A stretch of 64,000 nucleotides of DNA from Acidimicrobiales bacterium (GTDB lineage Bacteria > Actinomycetota > Acidimicrobiia > Acidimicrobiales > AC-9), in NCBI GenBank assembly GCA_036491125.1, contig DASXCO010000064.1, positions 18,552 through 82,551 on the forward strand, in the 5' to 3' direction. Positions 17,209-26,632 of the stretch are shown piece after piece. The notes below the pieces were generated by a model, which had not been told where the DNA came from, did no database searches, and saw only the letters and a list, made by a program, of their open reading frames with translations. Made by a program: the position numbers and the translations under genes. The stretch's first letter is position 1, and each line of letters begins with the position of its first letter.

Positions 17209-18201
17209 ATGAGCCAGGGAGACGCGCCGGTCGGAGTGGCCGGCACCAAGGGGGCGCAGGAGACACTCGCCGCGCTCAACCGGGGTGGACACCTGGCGCG
17301 CCCTATCCGGCCGGTGTCGGTCGACAAGGAGGGCCGGGTCGACAAGGCCGAGGCAGCCGGGGTGACGGTGCTGTGGCGTCCGGGGCTCACATCTCGCCAA
17401 TGGCTGCTGGCCGCCGTCGACCACCTTCCGGATCTGGCGTGGGTCCACTCCGACGCGGTGGGGGTCGACACCCTGCCCGTGGCGGAGCTTGCCGAGCGGG
17501 GCATCGTCCTGACCAACGGGGCGGGCAGCTTCTCCCGCCCGATGGCCGAGTGGGTCATGCTGGCCATCCTCTCGGCGGCCAAGCGCTTCCCCCGGTTCGT
17601 GCGGCTCTCCGATCGCGGCGTCTGGGACCCCAGCCCCCTCCTGAACGAGCTCGACGGCGGCGTCCTCCTGCTCCTCGGCCTCGGCTCGGTCAACAGTCTG
17701 GTGGCGCGGATGGCCGCCGCCTTCGGCATGGAGGTAAGGGCGGTGTCGCGCCAGGCCCGGGCCAACCTTCCCGCCGGCGTGACCCGCATGGTGTCGCCGG
17801 ACCACTGGCGGGCCGAGCTCTCAGACACCGACTACGTCGCGCTCGGTCTCCCCCTCACCCCGGCCACGGCCAACAGCATCGACGCCGACGCCCTGGACGC
17901 CATGAAGCCCACGGCGTGGCTGGTCAACGTGGCCCGTGGGGCGTTGGTCGACGAGGCCGCCCTCGTGCGCGCCCTCGATGCGGGCCAGATCGGTGGCGCC
18001 GTGCTCGACACCTTCGTCGAGGAGCCCCTGCCGGAGGGCCATCCCCTATGGGGACGCGAGAACGTCATCGTCGTGCCCCACTTCACCTGGTCCTCACCGC
18101 GGTCCATCGCCCGCATCGAGGAGCTCTTCGCCGCCCAGCTCGCCCGCTGGCTCTCGGCCACACCCTTGGCCAACGTCGTCGACGCCGCCGCCGGCTACTG
18201 A
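17209..18201 (+). CDS. D-isomer-specific 2-hydroxyacid dehydrogenase family protein
   Basis: LLLLGLGSVNSLVARMAAAFGMEV...WLVNVARGALVDEAALVRALDAGQIGGAVLDTFVEEPLP...VIVVPHF. Start is ATG 17209 or GTG 17164. Confidence 0.8.
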   Translation: MSQGDAPVGVAGTKGAQETLAALNRGGHLARPIRPVSVDKEGRVDKAEAAGVTVLWRPGLTSRQWLLAAVDHLPDLAWVHSDAVGVDTLPVAELAERGIVLTNGAGSFSRPMAEWVMLAILSAAKRFPRFVRLSDRGVWDPSPLLNELDGGVLLLLGLGSVNSLVARMAAAFGMEVRAVSRQARANLPAGVTRMVSPDHWRAELSDTDYVALGLPLTPATANSIDADALDAMKPTAWLVNVARGALVDEAALVRALDAGQIGGAVLDTFVEEPLPEGHPLWGRENVIVVPHFTWSSPRSIARIEELFAAQLARWLSATPLANVVDAAAGY

Positions 18202-18299
18202 GCCTTCACCCGTTCGTACGTCGCACTGATCGTGACAAGTTGGGTGACGCGGGCCTCGCTCGGTGAACCTTGCATGTCGAGAAAGGCGCTCAGTGCGCG

Positions 18300-19883
18300 T
18301 CAGTTGATCCGGCGTTCCCGGCCCTCCCAGTAGGGCGAGCGGAGCTTGAACTTCTGCAGCTTGCCTGTGGCCGTGCGCGGCAGGCTGTCGCGAAGCTCGA
18401 CCGATGTCGGGCACTTGAAGTGCGCCAGCTCGTTGCGGCAGAACTCGATCAGCTCGGCCTCGTCGACCGCGGTACCGGGCCGGGCAACCACGAGGGCCTT
18501 CACGGTCTCGCCCCAGCGCTCGTCGGGCACCCCGATCACCGCCGCCTCGGCCACGGCCGGATGCTGGTACAGGTGGCCCTCGACCTCGATCGACGAGACG
18601 TTCTCGCCTCCGCTGATGATCACGTCCTTCTTGCGGTCCTCGATCGTGAGGTGAGGACCGTCCATGAAGCCGCCGTCGCCGGTGCGGAACCAGACGTTCT
18701 CGTCCTCGGGCCCGCCTTCCGGGCCGGCCGGGCCGAGCACAGCCGCCGACTCCTCCGGTTGGCGCCAGTAGCCGGCGAAGATGTGGTTGGAGCGCGCGAG
18801 CACCTCACCCTCCTCGTCGGTGCGGACCTTGACGCCCACGGCCGGGAGCCCGGCCCGGCTGAGCCGCCGGGCCCGCTCAGGAGGATCGAGCTCGTCCCAC
18901 TCCAGCGGGGCCCTGTTGACGGTGAGCAGCGGCGAGGTCTCGGTCAGGCCGTAGATCTGGATGAACTCCCAACCGAGCTCGTCGCCCACGCGCTCGATGA
19001 TCCTCGCGGGCGGCGGCGCGCCGGCGACCACGATTCGGACCGTGCCCGCGCCCGGGACCGTGCGGCCCTGCTCCCGACGGGCGGCTGCCGCGTCGAGCAC
19101 GGCTGCCACCACCGCCGGGGCACCACACATGAGCGTCACGCCCTCGGACTCCACCCGGGCGAGGATCTCCTCACCGTCGACCTTGCGCAGGACGACGTGA
19201 CGGGCGCCCATCCCCGTGGCGGCGTAGGGCATGCCCCAACCGTTGCAGTGGAACATCGGCAGCGTGTGGAGCAGCACGTCCCGGTCGGTGACAGTCGTGT
19301 GCCATCCGAAGACGACGGCGTTCAGCCAGCAGTTGCGGTGCGTGAGCTGCACGCCCTTGGGTCGGGCCGTGGTGCCTGAGGTGTAGTTGATGCTGCAGGT
19401 GGCGCGCTCGTCCGGGTCCCATCGGTTCGGGCCGACGGCGTCGTCGCCCAGCTCGGCGAAGAGCTCCCGGTCCCGCACGCCGTCGAGCACGATGCGCTCT
19501 TTCACCTTGACCTCGGCCTGCGCCTCGTCCAGCTCGGGGTCGATCAGCATGACCGTGGACCCCGAGTGGTCGACGATGTAGCCGATCTCCTGGGCGTTCA
19601 ACCTGAAGTTGACCGGCACGAGCACCCGCCCGAAGCCGCTGACGCCGAAGTAGGAGACCAGGAACCGTCCGGAGTTCGGGCTCACGATCGCCACCCGCTC
19701 TCCCTGGCCGACACCCATGCGGTCGAGGGCGGCGGCCATTCCCCGGGCCCGCCTGTGCAGCTGGGCGTAGGTCAGCCGGCCGAACGAGCCCGTCTCCCCC
19801 GGCTCGTCGACCAGGGCGACCCGGTCGGCGTGAGCGGAGCCCGCCCGCTCGAGGAAGTCGCCGACGGTAAGCGGTACCTCCAT
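18300..19883 (-). CDS. AMP-dependent acyl-CoA synthetase/ligase
   Basis: INYTSGTTARPKGVQLTHRN...FHCNGWG...IYGLTETS...FRTGDGG...ISGGENVSSIEVE...LPRTATGKLQKF. Confidence 0.85.
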   Translation of the reverse strand: MEVPLTVGDFLERAGSAHADRVALVDEPGETGSFGRLTYAQLHRRARGMAAALDRMGVGQGERVAIVSPNSGRFLVSYFGVSGFGRVLVPVNFRLNAQEIGYIVDHSGSTVMLIDPELDEAQAEVKVKERIVLDGVRDRELFAELGDDAVGPNRWDPDERATCSINYTSGTTARPKGVQLTHRNCWLNAVVFGWHTTVTDRDVLLHTLPMFHCNGWGMPYAATGMGARHVVLRKVDGEEILARVESEGVTLMCGAPAVVAAVLDAAAARREQGRTVPGAGTVRIVVAGAPPPARIIERVGDELGWEFIQIYGLTETSPLLTVNRAPLEWDELDPPERARRLSRAGLPAVGVKVRTDEEGEVLARSNHIFAGYWRQPEESAAVLGPAGPEGGPEDENVWFRTGDGGFMDGPHLTIEDRKKDVIISGGENVSSIEVEGHLYQHPAVAEAAVIGVPDERWGETVKALVVARPGTAVDEAELIEFCRNELAHFKCPTSVELRDSLPRTATGKLQKFKLRSPYWEGRERRIN

Positions 19884-19937
19884 GACCCCCCCTCTCGTCG
19901 TGGTCAGTAGTGCGCGTCAACTTATCCCAGGTGCCCG

Positions 19938-22900
19938 TCAGCTGGCGCGGCTGAGCTCGGGTGACTGCTCGGCCGACCGTTCGATCGCCAACTCCGGGCG
20001 CAGCTGACGCTGAGCTTCCTCGAGCTGGTGTACCGCCGAGGCCCGCTGGAGACGCTGCGTCGGCGACTCCGGGCGTTCGCCCTGGCCACCCAGGGCGAGG
20101 TGCCGGTCCTCCACACCCCACCGCTCCCGATAGCTCTCCACCGCCAGCACCGCCTGGCGCCAGGCGGCCCGCTCGACAGGCGCGGACGGACGCGGACCGA
20201 GCTCGGCCACCAGATAGCCGGGGGGAGAGACCTCCGCCGCTCGGGCCAGGGCCCGCTGCCTGCGGCTCGTCGCCTCGACGAGGATCTCGCGGCTCGCCAG
20301 GTCGGCCCGCCGCGACGTCAACCCCGCCGACCGGCTCCCGGCGTCGGTCTCCAGCTCGCGGCGGCGGTCGCCCAACAAGGCGTCCCGGTCCTCCCATCGC
20401 CGGACCTCCGCCTGGCGAAAGGAGACCTCGATGCGGACATCCTGGGTCTCCTCCATCGCTGCCCGACGACCGATCCAAGGTCTCCTGGCCTCGAGGCGCT
20501 CGAGTCGCGCCGCCGCGTCCGATCGGGCCGACCTGGCGGCGATCAGCCGATCGGTGGTCCGTGCCTGCTCCTGGTCGAGCCGGGACAAGCGGGCGGTGGG
20601 GTCGGGAGCCGGGGCGCGGGCCAGGCGACGCTCGACATCGTCGAGACGACGACCCAGCTGGCCGAGCGAGCCAGCCAACTCGTGCGGGGAGAGCAGTTCG
20701 GGGGGCAGCAGCTCGGGTCCGGTGCGGCGACCGCTCCGACCGACAGTGTCGACGACGTAGCGGTGGTCGTCGCCGGCCGCCGCGCTCACCGCGCGGCCCT
20801 CGCCGAGGACCAGGGCCCGATCCGGCCTCACCCTGCGGGCCTCACGGACCGTGGTGGCGTAGGCGTGCCGCAGCTCGACCTTCGTCGCCGCGGCCTCGCT
20901 CATCGACAACGTCGGTCCCTTGTCGGTGCGGAGCTCGAGCACCTGGCGCTCGACATCGACGCCGGTCACCGTCGCCCGGTCGCCAGTCACCACGCCTGCC
21001 TCTCGGCCCCCGCGACCGATCAGGACACGGTCGCCTACCGCCATCTCGCGGCGGCCGACGTGGATCGACTCGCCCAGCTCGCCGGCGGCGATCAGCTCCG
21101 CACGCGCAGCAGCATTGAGCGCATCGATCTCCCACCGGCTGGAGGCGACCATGACGGGCTCGCTTCCTGCTTGCCGGTCGGCCCACCAGTCGTCAACCAC
21201 CCGTTGGCGAACGGCCGGGGCCGACGAGCCCACGACAACCGGGGCGACGTCGTCGCGATCGACGACCTGAACCCAGCCACTCCCGACGATCCGTTCCGCG
21301 GTCGTCGTCGTTCGGGGCGGGTCGAGGGCGATCGACCCGAGGCTGTCACCCAGCCGACGAAAGGCTCCCGCGTCCACGCTTCGCAGCTGGCGGAGCTCGC
21401 CGAGCACGATCACCTTCGTGCCGGCTCGGTCGGCGCCGTCCAGCAGCTTCCCGAGGCTGGCCGCGCCCAGTCGGCCTGCGTCGTGGACGACGAGGACGTC
21501 AGCGGGTAACGCAGGCCCCGACCGCCCATCCAGCTCGGCCAGCACCTCCTGCTGCGGCGTGGTCTCGATGCCGGTGACCGCCTCGAGGTCTGCCGCCTGC
21601 TCAGCGGTCGGCGCGCTGGCTGCGACGCGCAGACCGGAGGACTGCCATCCATCGCGTGCAGCATCGAGGGCGTCGCTGGAGCCGGCCCACCTGGCACCCG
21701 TGGCGACGACCACGCCCGCTCCCGAGCACAGCAGCTCTCGCACCGCGGCCGACTGCGTCGACGGCAGCTGCGGCCGCAGCGCCAGGGCCGATTCGAGCGC
21801 CGCCGGCTCCACCACACCCACGCCGTCTCGAGTCCGCCGCTGCGCCGAGTCGACGAGCGCGCGCTCGGCAGCCAGCACCTCCGGAGTTGTCCAGCGCGCT
21901 TCCTGGACGTGTCGCGATGCCTCGGCCAGCGAGACCGGCCGGACCAGGTCCGACCTCAACACGGCATTGGTGAGTGCTTCGATCCTCGCCACCTCGGCGC
22001 CATCCGGAAGCGCCGAGCAGCAGGCCCGCACCACGTCCCGACGGGCGAAGGTCGACGCCGACGCTGTCAGGCCTTCGGGGCCGACGATGCTCCTGATCCA
22101 ATCCTCGGTCGGGAGGCCGCCATCCGTCGGCTCCGACCGTCGCGTACCTGTCATGGCCGCGGCCAGCTCGCGTCGACCGAGTCCGGACGATTCGGCGCGC
22201 GCCCGCCACTCACCGACCAGCGTCTCGAAGCTGATCTCCAGGTCCTTGCCGCTCCGCGTGGCGAGTTGGGCGACCCGGGCCGCTCTCGGCCCCGACAGAC
22301 CCTCGTCCGCGAGCCGCGCCTGGATCTCCTGGCGTCGCCTCGAGAACGCCAGCACCACCGGGCGCTCGATCCCCTTGATGTCGGCCATGCCAGCGCGCAG
22401 CTCGCCCCACTCCAGACCAAGACGCCGGCGCAGCTCGTGGCGAAGGTGGGCCTGGTACAGGAGACCTGCGGTGCGGGCGTGCGCATACAGCCCCCGGGCG
22501 TCGAAGGCCGACCACCGACCGTCGCGACCAGCGACCAGGTTCGCCAGCACCACGTGGGTGTGGAGATGGGGATCAGGGGCCCGGCTGGTGCGGTGGAGGA
22601 AGGCCGCCCCCACCACGCCGTCGACGGTGACGCTGTGGCGGCCGTCGCCGCTGCCGCGGCGAGCGGTGATCGCCTCCCGTTCGAGGTAGCCGACGGCGGC
22701 GGCGACGGCGGACTCGTGGGCGACCCGCACCTGATCGGCGGCCGCGGGGTCCCCGAGGGCGAAGCACAGCGACACCGACTTCGGAGCTGCGAAGGTCAGG
22801 TCGAAGCCGGCAACCCGCACCCGGTCCTGGGCCGGGTTGAGCAGCTCGCCTGAAGCGGGGTCGGCGCCGGCCAGCACCGCTTCGAGCTCGGAGGCGGCGA

Positions 22901-23051
22901 CGGATCCCCGCAGGCCGAGGGCCTCGGCGCCCCCGCCCAGCCAGACCCCGTCAGGCTCCTGGCCGGGACGGCGATGGTCCTCCCTGCCGGCGGCGACGCC
23001 TTCGAGGTAGTAGCGGGCACCGCCCCGTCTCACCTTGGCGATGCTGAGCAT
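19938..23051 (-). CDS. MobF-family (TrwC/TraA-type) relaxase with degenerate helicase module
   Basis: MLSIAKV...GARYYLEG...GFDLTFAAPKSVS...FLHRTSRAPDPHLHTHVVLAN (HUH His-triad). The AAA_30/RecD-like region is present but the P-loop reads GARWAGSS and Walker B reads VVHDAG. The C-terminal coiled-coil plus YRERWGV motif is typical of actinobacterial TraA. Start could also be 23063 or 23066. Confidence 0.85.
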   Translation of the reverse strand: MLSIAKVRRGGARYYLEGVAAGREDHRRPGQEPDGVWLGGGAEALGLRGSVAASELEAVLAGADPASGELLNPAQDRVRVAGFDLTFAAPKSVSLCFALGDPAAADQVRVAHESAVAAAVGYLEREAITARRGSGDGRHSVTVDGVVGAAFLHRTSRAPDPHLHTHVVLANLVAGRDGRWSAFDARGLYAHARTAGLLYQAHLRHELRRRLGLEWGELRAGMADIKGIERPVVLAFSRRRQEIQARLADEGLSGPRAARVAQLATRSGKDLEISFETLVGEWRARAESSGLGRRELAAAMTGTRRSEPTDGGLPTEDWIRSIVGPEGLTASASTFARRDVVRACCSALPDGAEVARIEALTNAVLRSDLVRPVSLAEASRHVQEARWTTPEVLAAERALVDSAQRRTRDGVGVVEPAALESALALRPQLPSTQSAAVRELLCSGAGVVVATGARWAGSSDALDAARDGWQSSGLRVAASAPTAEQAADLEAVTGIETTPQQEVLAELDGRSGPALPADVLVVHDAGRLGAASLGKLLDGADRAGTKVIVLGELRQLRSVDAGAFRRLGDSLGSIALDPPRTTTTAERIVGSGWVQVVDRDDVAPVVVGSSAPAVRQRVVDDWWADRQAGSEPVMVASSRWEIDALNAAARAELIAAGELGESIHVGRREMAVGDRVLIGRGGREAGVVTGDRATVTGVDVERQVLELRTDKGPTLSMSEAAATKVELRHAYATTVREARRVRPDRALVLGEGRAVSAAAGDDHRYVVDTVGRSGRRTGPELLPPELLSPHELAGSLGQLGRRLDDVERRLARAPAPDPTARLSRLDQEQARTTDRLIAARSARSDAAARLERLEARRPWIGRRAAMEETQDVRIEVSFRQAEVRRWEDRDALLGDRRRELETDAGSRSAGLTSRRADLASREILVEATSRRQRALARAAEVSPPGYLVAELGPRPSAPVERAAWRQAVLAVESYRERWGVEDRHLALGGQGERPESPTQRLQRASAVHQLEEAQRQLRPELAIERSAEQSPELSRAS

Positions 23052-23191
23052 GACAGCCAGCATCATAGCTTTTCACTGCTTTTCATACACTCTCGTGGAG
23101 GTGGGCGACGAGAGGGAGGGCCGCGGAGCCAATTTCGAGCAGAACCGGGGTCTCGCCGGGCTGGCCGGGGCCGCCGCCCCCGACCCGCGCC

Positions 23192-24121
23192 TCAGCGGTA
23201 GGTGACGAGGATGCGCTCGGCCGCCCGGCGCCCGGCGCCGACGAGGTCGGGAGGATCGATCACCTCGGCCTCGGGGCCGAGGCGCAGGAGCAGCCGCTCC
23301 AGCCACGCCGTGCCGGAGACGGCCAGGGTCACGACCAGGCCGCCATCGGCCCGCTCCTCGACGTCGAGGGTGGGGTACGCCTCGACCACCCAGCGGGCCG
23401 ACCGGTGGATCGACAGGCGCACGAGCCTGGCCTCGGGGCCGGGAGCGAAGACTCCCTCCGGTACCGTCCCCGGCGCGGCGTCGAATCCCTCGTCGGTCAG
23501 GCGGGCGGCCTGCATCCGGTCGATCCGGAAGAGCCGGACGTCGCCTGCCAGGTGGCAGAACCCGTCCAGGTACCAGTGGCCTTCGCTGGAGAACGCCGAG
23601 TAGGGATCGACCCGGCGTGTCGTGCGCTCGTCCCGGGAGGCGGCGTAGTAGTCGATCTCGAGCTGTCGACGGTCGGCGATGGCCCGCTGCACGACCTCGA
23701 GGTTGGCGGGCTCGTCGAGGTCGATGGCGATTCGGCGCCGATCACCGAGCACCGTCTCGAGCTTGGCCAGGGCGCGAGCGAGGGCGCCGTTGGGATCAGC
23801 GCCCGGCACGGCGAGGATGGCACGGGCCGAGGCGGCCACGGTGAAGCCTTCCGCCGCGCTCAGCCGGCGCGGGCGGGCGAGGTGGTCGCCCAGATTGGCC
23901 GACACCCACTCGTCGGACACGATGAGCTCGATGAGCTGATCCGGCGTGTAGGGAGGTAGGCCGCAGCAGGCGGCGAGCTCCAGTAGCGCCACCACCTCGC
24001 GCTCGGGCATCTCGAAGTGGGCAGCCACCTCGGAGATCGGCGCCCCGCCCCGGTCGGCCAACCAGGGCAGGATGGCGAGCAGCCGCCTGAGCCGGTCGCC
24101 GGCGTCGGCCTTCGAGGTCAA
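23192..24121 (-). CDS. pafC: PafC-like HTH-WYL transcriptional regulator
   Basis: DRLRRLLAILPWL...ISEVAAHFEMPEREVVALLELAACCGLPPYTPDQLIEL...LEIDYYAASRDERTTRRVDP...HWYLDGFCHLAGDVRLFRIDRM. Start is TTG 24121, overlapping the pafB stop (TTGA). The track ORF over-extends by 245 aa. Confidence 0.75.
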   Translation of the reverse strand: MTSKADAGDRLRRLLAILPWLADRGGAPISEVAAHFEMPEREVVALLELAACCGLPPYTPDQLIELIVSDEWVSANLGDHLARPRRLSAAEGFTVAASARAILAVPGADPNGALARALAKLETVLGDRRRIAIDLDEPANLEVVQRAIADRRQLEIDYYAASRDERTTRRVDPYSAFSSEGHWYLDGFCHLAGDVRLFRIDRMQAARLTDEGFDAAPGTVPEGVFAPGPEARLVRLSIHRSARWVVEAYPTLDVEERADGGLVVTLAVSGTAWLERLLLRLGPEAEVIDPPDLVGAGRRAAERILVTYR

Positions 24122-25068
24122 CGGCCGAGCTCCCCGACGGGCGGGGCGGATGCGGCCGCCGCCTCCAACCACGCCCGCATGCGCTGGCGAAGGGACGCTG
24201 GCCCCAGCACGACCGCGTGATCGAGGAGGCCGAGGACCCACGATCTGAAGGCGTCCTCGTTCGCCACATCCAGACGGACGAGGATCGAGCCGTCGCGTCG
24301 GCGCTCGAGCACGGCTCCCTCGCCCAGCTCGGCCTCGACCAGCGGGGCCTGCCACTGGTCGATCAGCACCTGGGCCGGTGTGACCTCGCCCTCCCCGAGT
24401 CGCCAGGGCTCCTCGGGAAATGCCGTGGCGGCATCGAAATCGGCCGGCGGCTCGAACGCGCCGCCTTCGCCGACCATCAGCCGGCCGTCCATGCGGTCGA
24501 CACGGAATGTGCGCGAGGCCTGCCGAGCCTGGTCTCTCCCCACCAGGTACCAGAAGCCGGACCGGAACAAGAGTCCGTAGGGCTCGACCCGTCGCTCCTC
24601 GCCCCGGTAGCCGAATCGCACCGCGGCGCGGGCCCGCAGGGCTTCGTGCAGCCGCGGCAGCTGTGGCAGCGACGGCAGCGACGCCACCGGGCTGGGGCTG
24701 TCGGCGTCGGCGACGCCGAGCTTGACGAGCGCCCCGCGCCCGCTGCCCTCGTCGAGGTGGACGCCGGCCACGGCCAGGTTGAGGGCCACCTGCTCGTCGT
24801 GGTCGAGTCCCAGAGGCGGTAGGTAGTAATCCTCGGGCCGGATGCGATAGCCCCACTGCTCCTCGGACTCCACCGGCTCCACGGCGATGGGGATCCCCTC
24901 CTCCCGGAGGGTGCGCTTGTCGCGCTCGAACGCCTGGCGGCGGGCCTCGGCGCCATCCGGGTAGCCCGTCACGGCATCCGCGATCTGGTGAATGGTGAGG
25001 GGCCGCTCGGTGTCGAGGAGCACCAACACCAGGTTGGTGAGCCGCTCCAGCCGGTCCCGCCTCTCCAC
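24118..25068 (-). CDS. pafB: PafB-like HTH-WYL transcriptional regulator
   Basis: RLERLTNLVLVLLDTERPLTIHQIADAV...FERDKRTLREEGIPI...WGYRI...VRFGYRGEERRVEPYGLLFRSGFWYLVGRD...RTFRVDRM. Confidence 0.75.
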   Translation of the reverse strand: MERRDRLERLTNLVLVLLDTERPLTIHQIADAVTGYPDGAEARRQAFERDKRTLREEGIPIAVEPVESEEQWGYRIRPEDYYLPPLGLDHDEQVALNLAVAGVHLDEGSGRGALVKLGVADADSPSPVASLPSLPQLPRLHEALRARAAVRFGYRGEERRVEPYGLLFRSGFWYLVGRDQARQASRTFRVDRMDGRLMVGEGGAFEPPADFDAATAFPEEPWRLGEGEVTPAQVLIDQWQAPLVEAELGEGAVLERRRDGSILVRLDVANEDAFRSWVLGLLDHAVVLGPASLRQRMRAWLEAAAASAPPVGELGR

Positions 25069-25088
25069 GGGCGTGAGCCTAGACAGAC

Positions 25089-25523
25089 TCAGCTCAGGTG
25101 GCGGAAGCGCAGCGGCAACGTGTCGGTGACGAACGCCCGCAGCGGCTGGCCACCGTGCTCGCCGACGACCACGATGGCGAAGTTGCCGCTGCGGGGCATG
25201 GTCTCGTTGGCGACGTCGCCGGGGGCGTACTTCCCTTGGAAGGCGACTACGCAGACCGAGCGGTTCGACTGGTTCGGTTGATTCGGTTGGTTCGCCTGGG
25301 TGGGAGGCGTCGGGGGCCGACGCAGCTGCGACAGCGCCACCCGGCGCACACCGAGCAGGCGGCCCTTGCTGTGGACGGCGTCCGTCGCCGATGGGAGGGC
25401 CTGGAAGCAGGTGCTGGAACCCGTGCCGAGGCTGTTGTGGGCCGAGGCGCAGCCACCGAGGGCGACGACACCGAGGGCCAGCCCGACACCGGCCGCGGCG
25501 GCCCTCCGGAAGGGGATCCTCAC
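25089..25523 (-). CDS. Lipoprotein, function unknown
   Basis: Signal peptide with lipobox: MRIPFRRAAAAGVGLALGVVALGGC. Has an internal QANQPNQPNQSN repeat. GTG start overlaps the upstream stop (GTGA). Confidence 0.7.
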   Translation of the reverse strand: MRIPFRRAAAAGVGLALGVVALGGCASAHNSLGTGSSTCFQALPSATDAVHSKGRLLGVRRVALSQLRRPPTPPTQANQPNQPNQSNRSVCVVAFQGKYAPGDVANETMPRSGNFAIVVVGEHGGQPLRAFVTDTLPLRFRHLS

Positions 25524-26632
25524 GCTTTCACCAGCTCAGATTGTCCCCCAGCGGGCCCGCCTCGGCCCGTGCGGCGCTGAATTTCCAGCACCACCGCGGT
25601 CCCCCACCCAATCGGCAACGACGCCCAGAAGCTGAGGACCCGGTACACGAGGACCGCAGCGACGGTGGTCGCCTCCGCCCCGCCGTAGGCCACGAGGGCG
25701 ATGGTGATGCTGCCCTCGACCACGCCGAGTCCACCCGGCGTGATGGGAAGATTGGCTGCCAGCTGGCCCGCTCCGTAGGCCAGGAGCACGCCGCGCCAGG
25801 GAACCCGCGCGCCCACGACGCCGAAGGAGGCGACCAGGCAGCCGCAGTCGAGCACCCAGTTGGCCATGGCCCACGTGAGAGCCACTCCCCACTGACGGCG
25901 GCTGGGGGTCACCGCCGTGAGCCGGGCGACGCCTCGATCCACCACCTCCCGGGGCGACGCCCGGGGCCGGCCCGTGAGCCGCTTGACCAACCGCAGGACG
26001 CCGGTCGCCGCGGTCGGGAGGAACCCCCGCCGCCACGCCACCACGACCACCACCACGATCCCGACGATCACGCCGAACGTCGGGGCGACCACGCCGAGAC
26101 CGGAGCTCTGCGAGGAGCCGGCCACGATCAGGCCCACGGTCGCCAGTGCGGCCAGTGTCACCGCCGCACAGGCGTTGTCCGCCACGATGGCCCACACCGA
26201 AAGGGTCTCGTCCGCTCCTCGGCGGCGGAACTGCTGGTAGCTGAACAGGCTGCCCCAGGCCACTCCGCCCGGCAGCGAGTTGGTCAGCGAGTTGTAGGCC
26301 AGGGTGATGGCCGTGGAGCTGGGTAGCCCCAGATCGAGGTCGCCGCTCAGGAGAATCTGGCGCTGGAGGGCGCCGTAGGCGACGATCGAGCCGATCTCGA
26401 GGACGATCGCCACCACCAGCCACACCCAGTCCATGTGCTCCAGGTAGGACGCAGCGCCCGCCAGCTCGCCCTTGCGCCCGATCACCGCCCAGGCGGCGAG
26501 GCCGGCCAGCGCCAGACCCCCGACGACCCGGATGAACGGCCAGGCCCGCTGCCACGCCGACCGATTGCCGCCCACCCGTCGGGGGCCGTCGTCGGATCGA
26601 CCGGACGCGGTGGGCCCTACCGGGGCGCCCAC
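25520..26632 (-). CDS. UPF0104 / lysylphosphatidylglycerol-synthase-TM-type integral membrane protein
   Basis: Multiple TM helices. LPGGVAWGSLFSYQQFRRRG...AYGAGQLAANLPITPGGLGVVEG is typical of the flippase-like domain family. Confidence 0.75.
   Translation of the reverse strand: MGAPVGPTASGRSDDGPRRVGGNRSAWQRAWPFIRVVGGLALAGLAAWAVIGRKGELAGAASYLEHMDWVWLVVAIVLEIGSIVAYGALQRQILLSGDLDLGLPSSTAITLAYNSLTNSLPGGVAWGSLFSYQQFRRRGADETLSVWAIVADNACAAVTLAALATVGLIVAGSSQSSGLGVVAPTFGVIVGIVVVVVVAWRRGFLPTAATGVLRLVKRLTGRPRASPREVVDRGVARLTAVTPSRRQWGVALTWAMANWVLDCGCLVASFGVVGARVPWRGVLLAYGAGQLAANLPITPGGLGVVEGSITIALVAYGGAEATTVAAVLVYRVLSFWASLPIGWGTAVVLEIQRRTGRGGPAGGQSELVKA

Noticed and set aside
19938-25068. Calling the region an integrative conjugative element / mobile_element feature
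   Set aside because: Only the relaxase is present. There is no integrase, T4CP/T4SS or FtsK-like translocase, no flanking direct repeats or tRNA, and the GC is host-like. It is reported as a CDS plus a finding instead.
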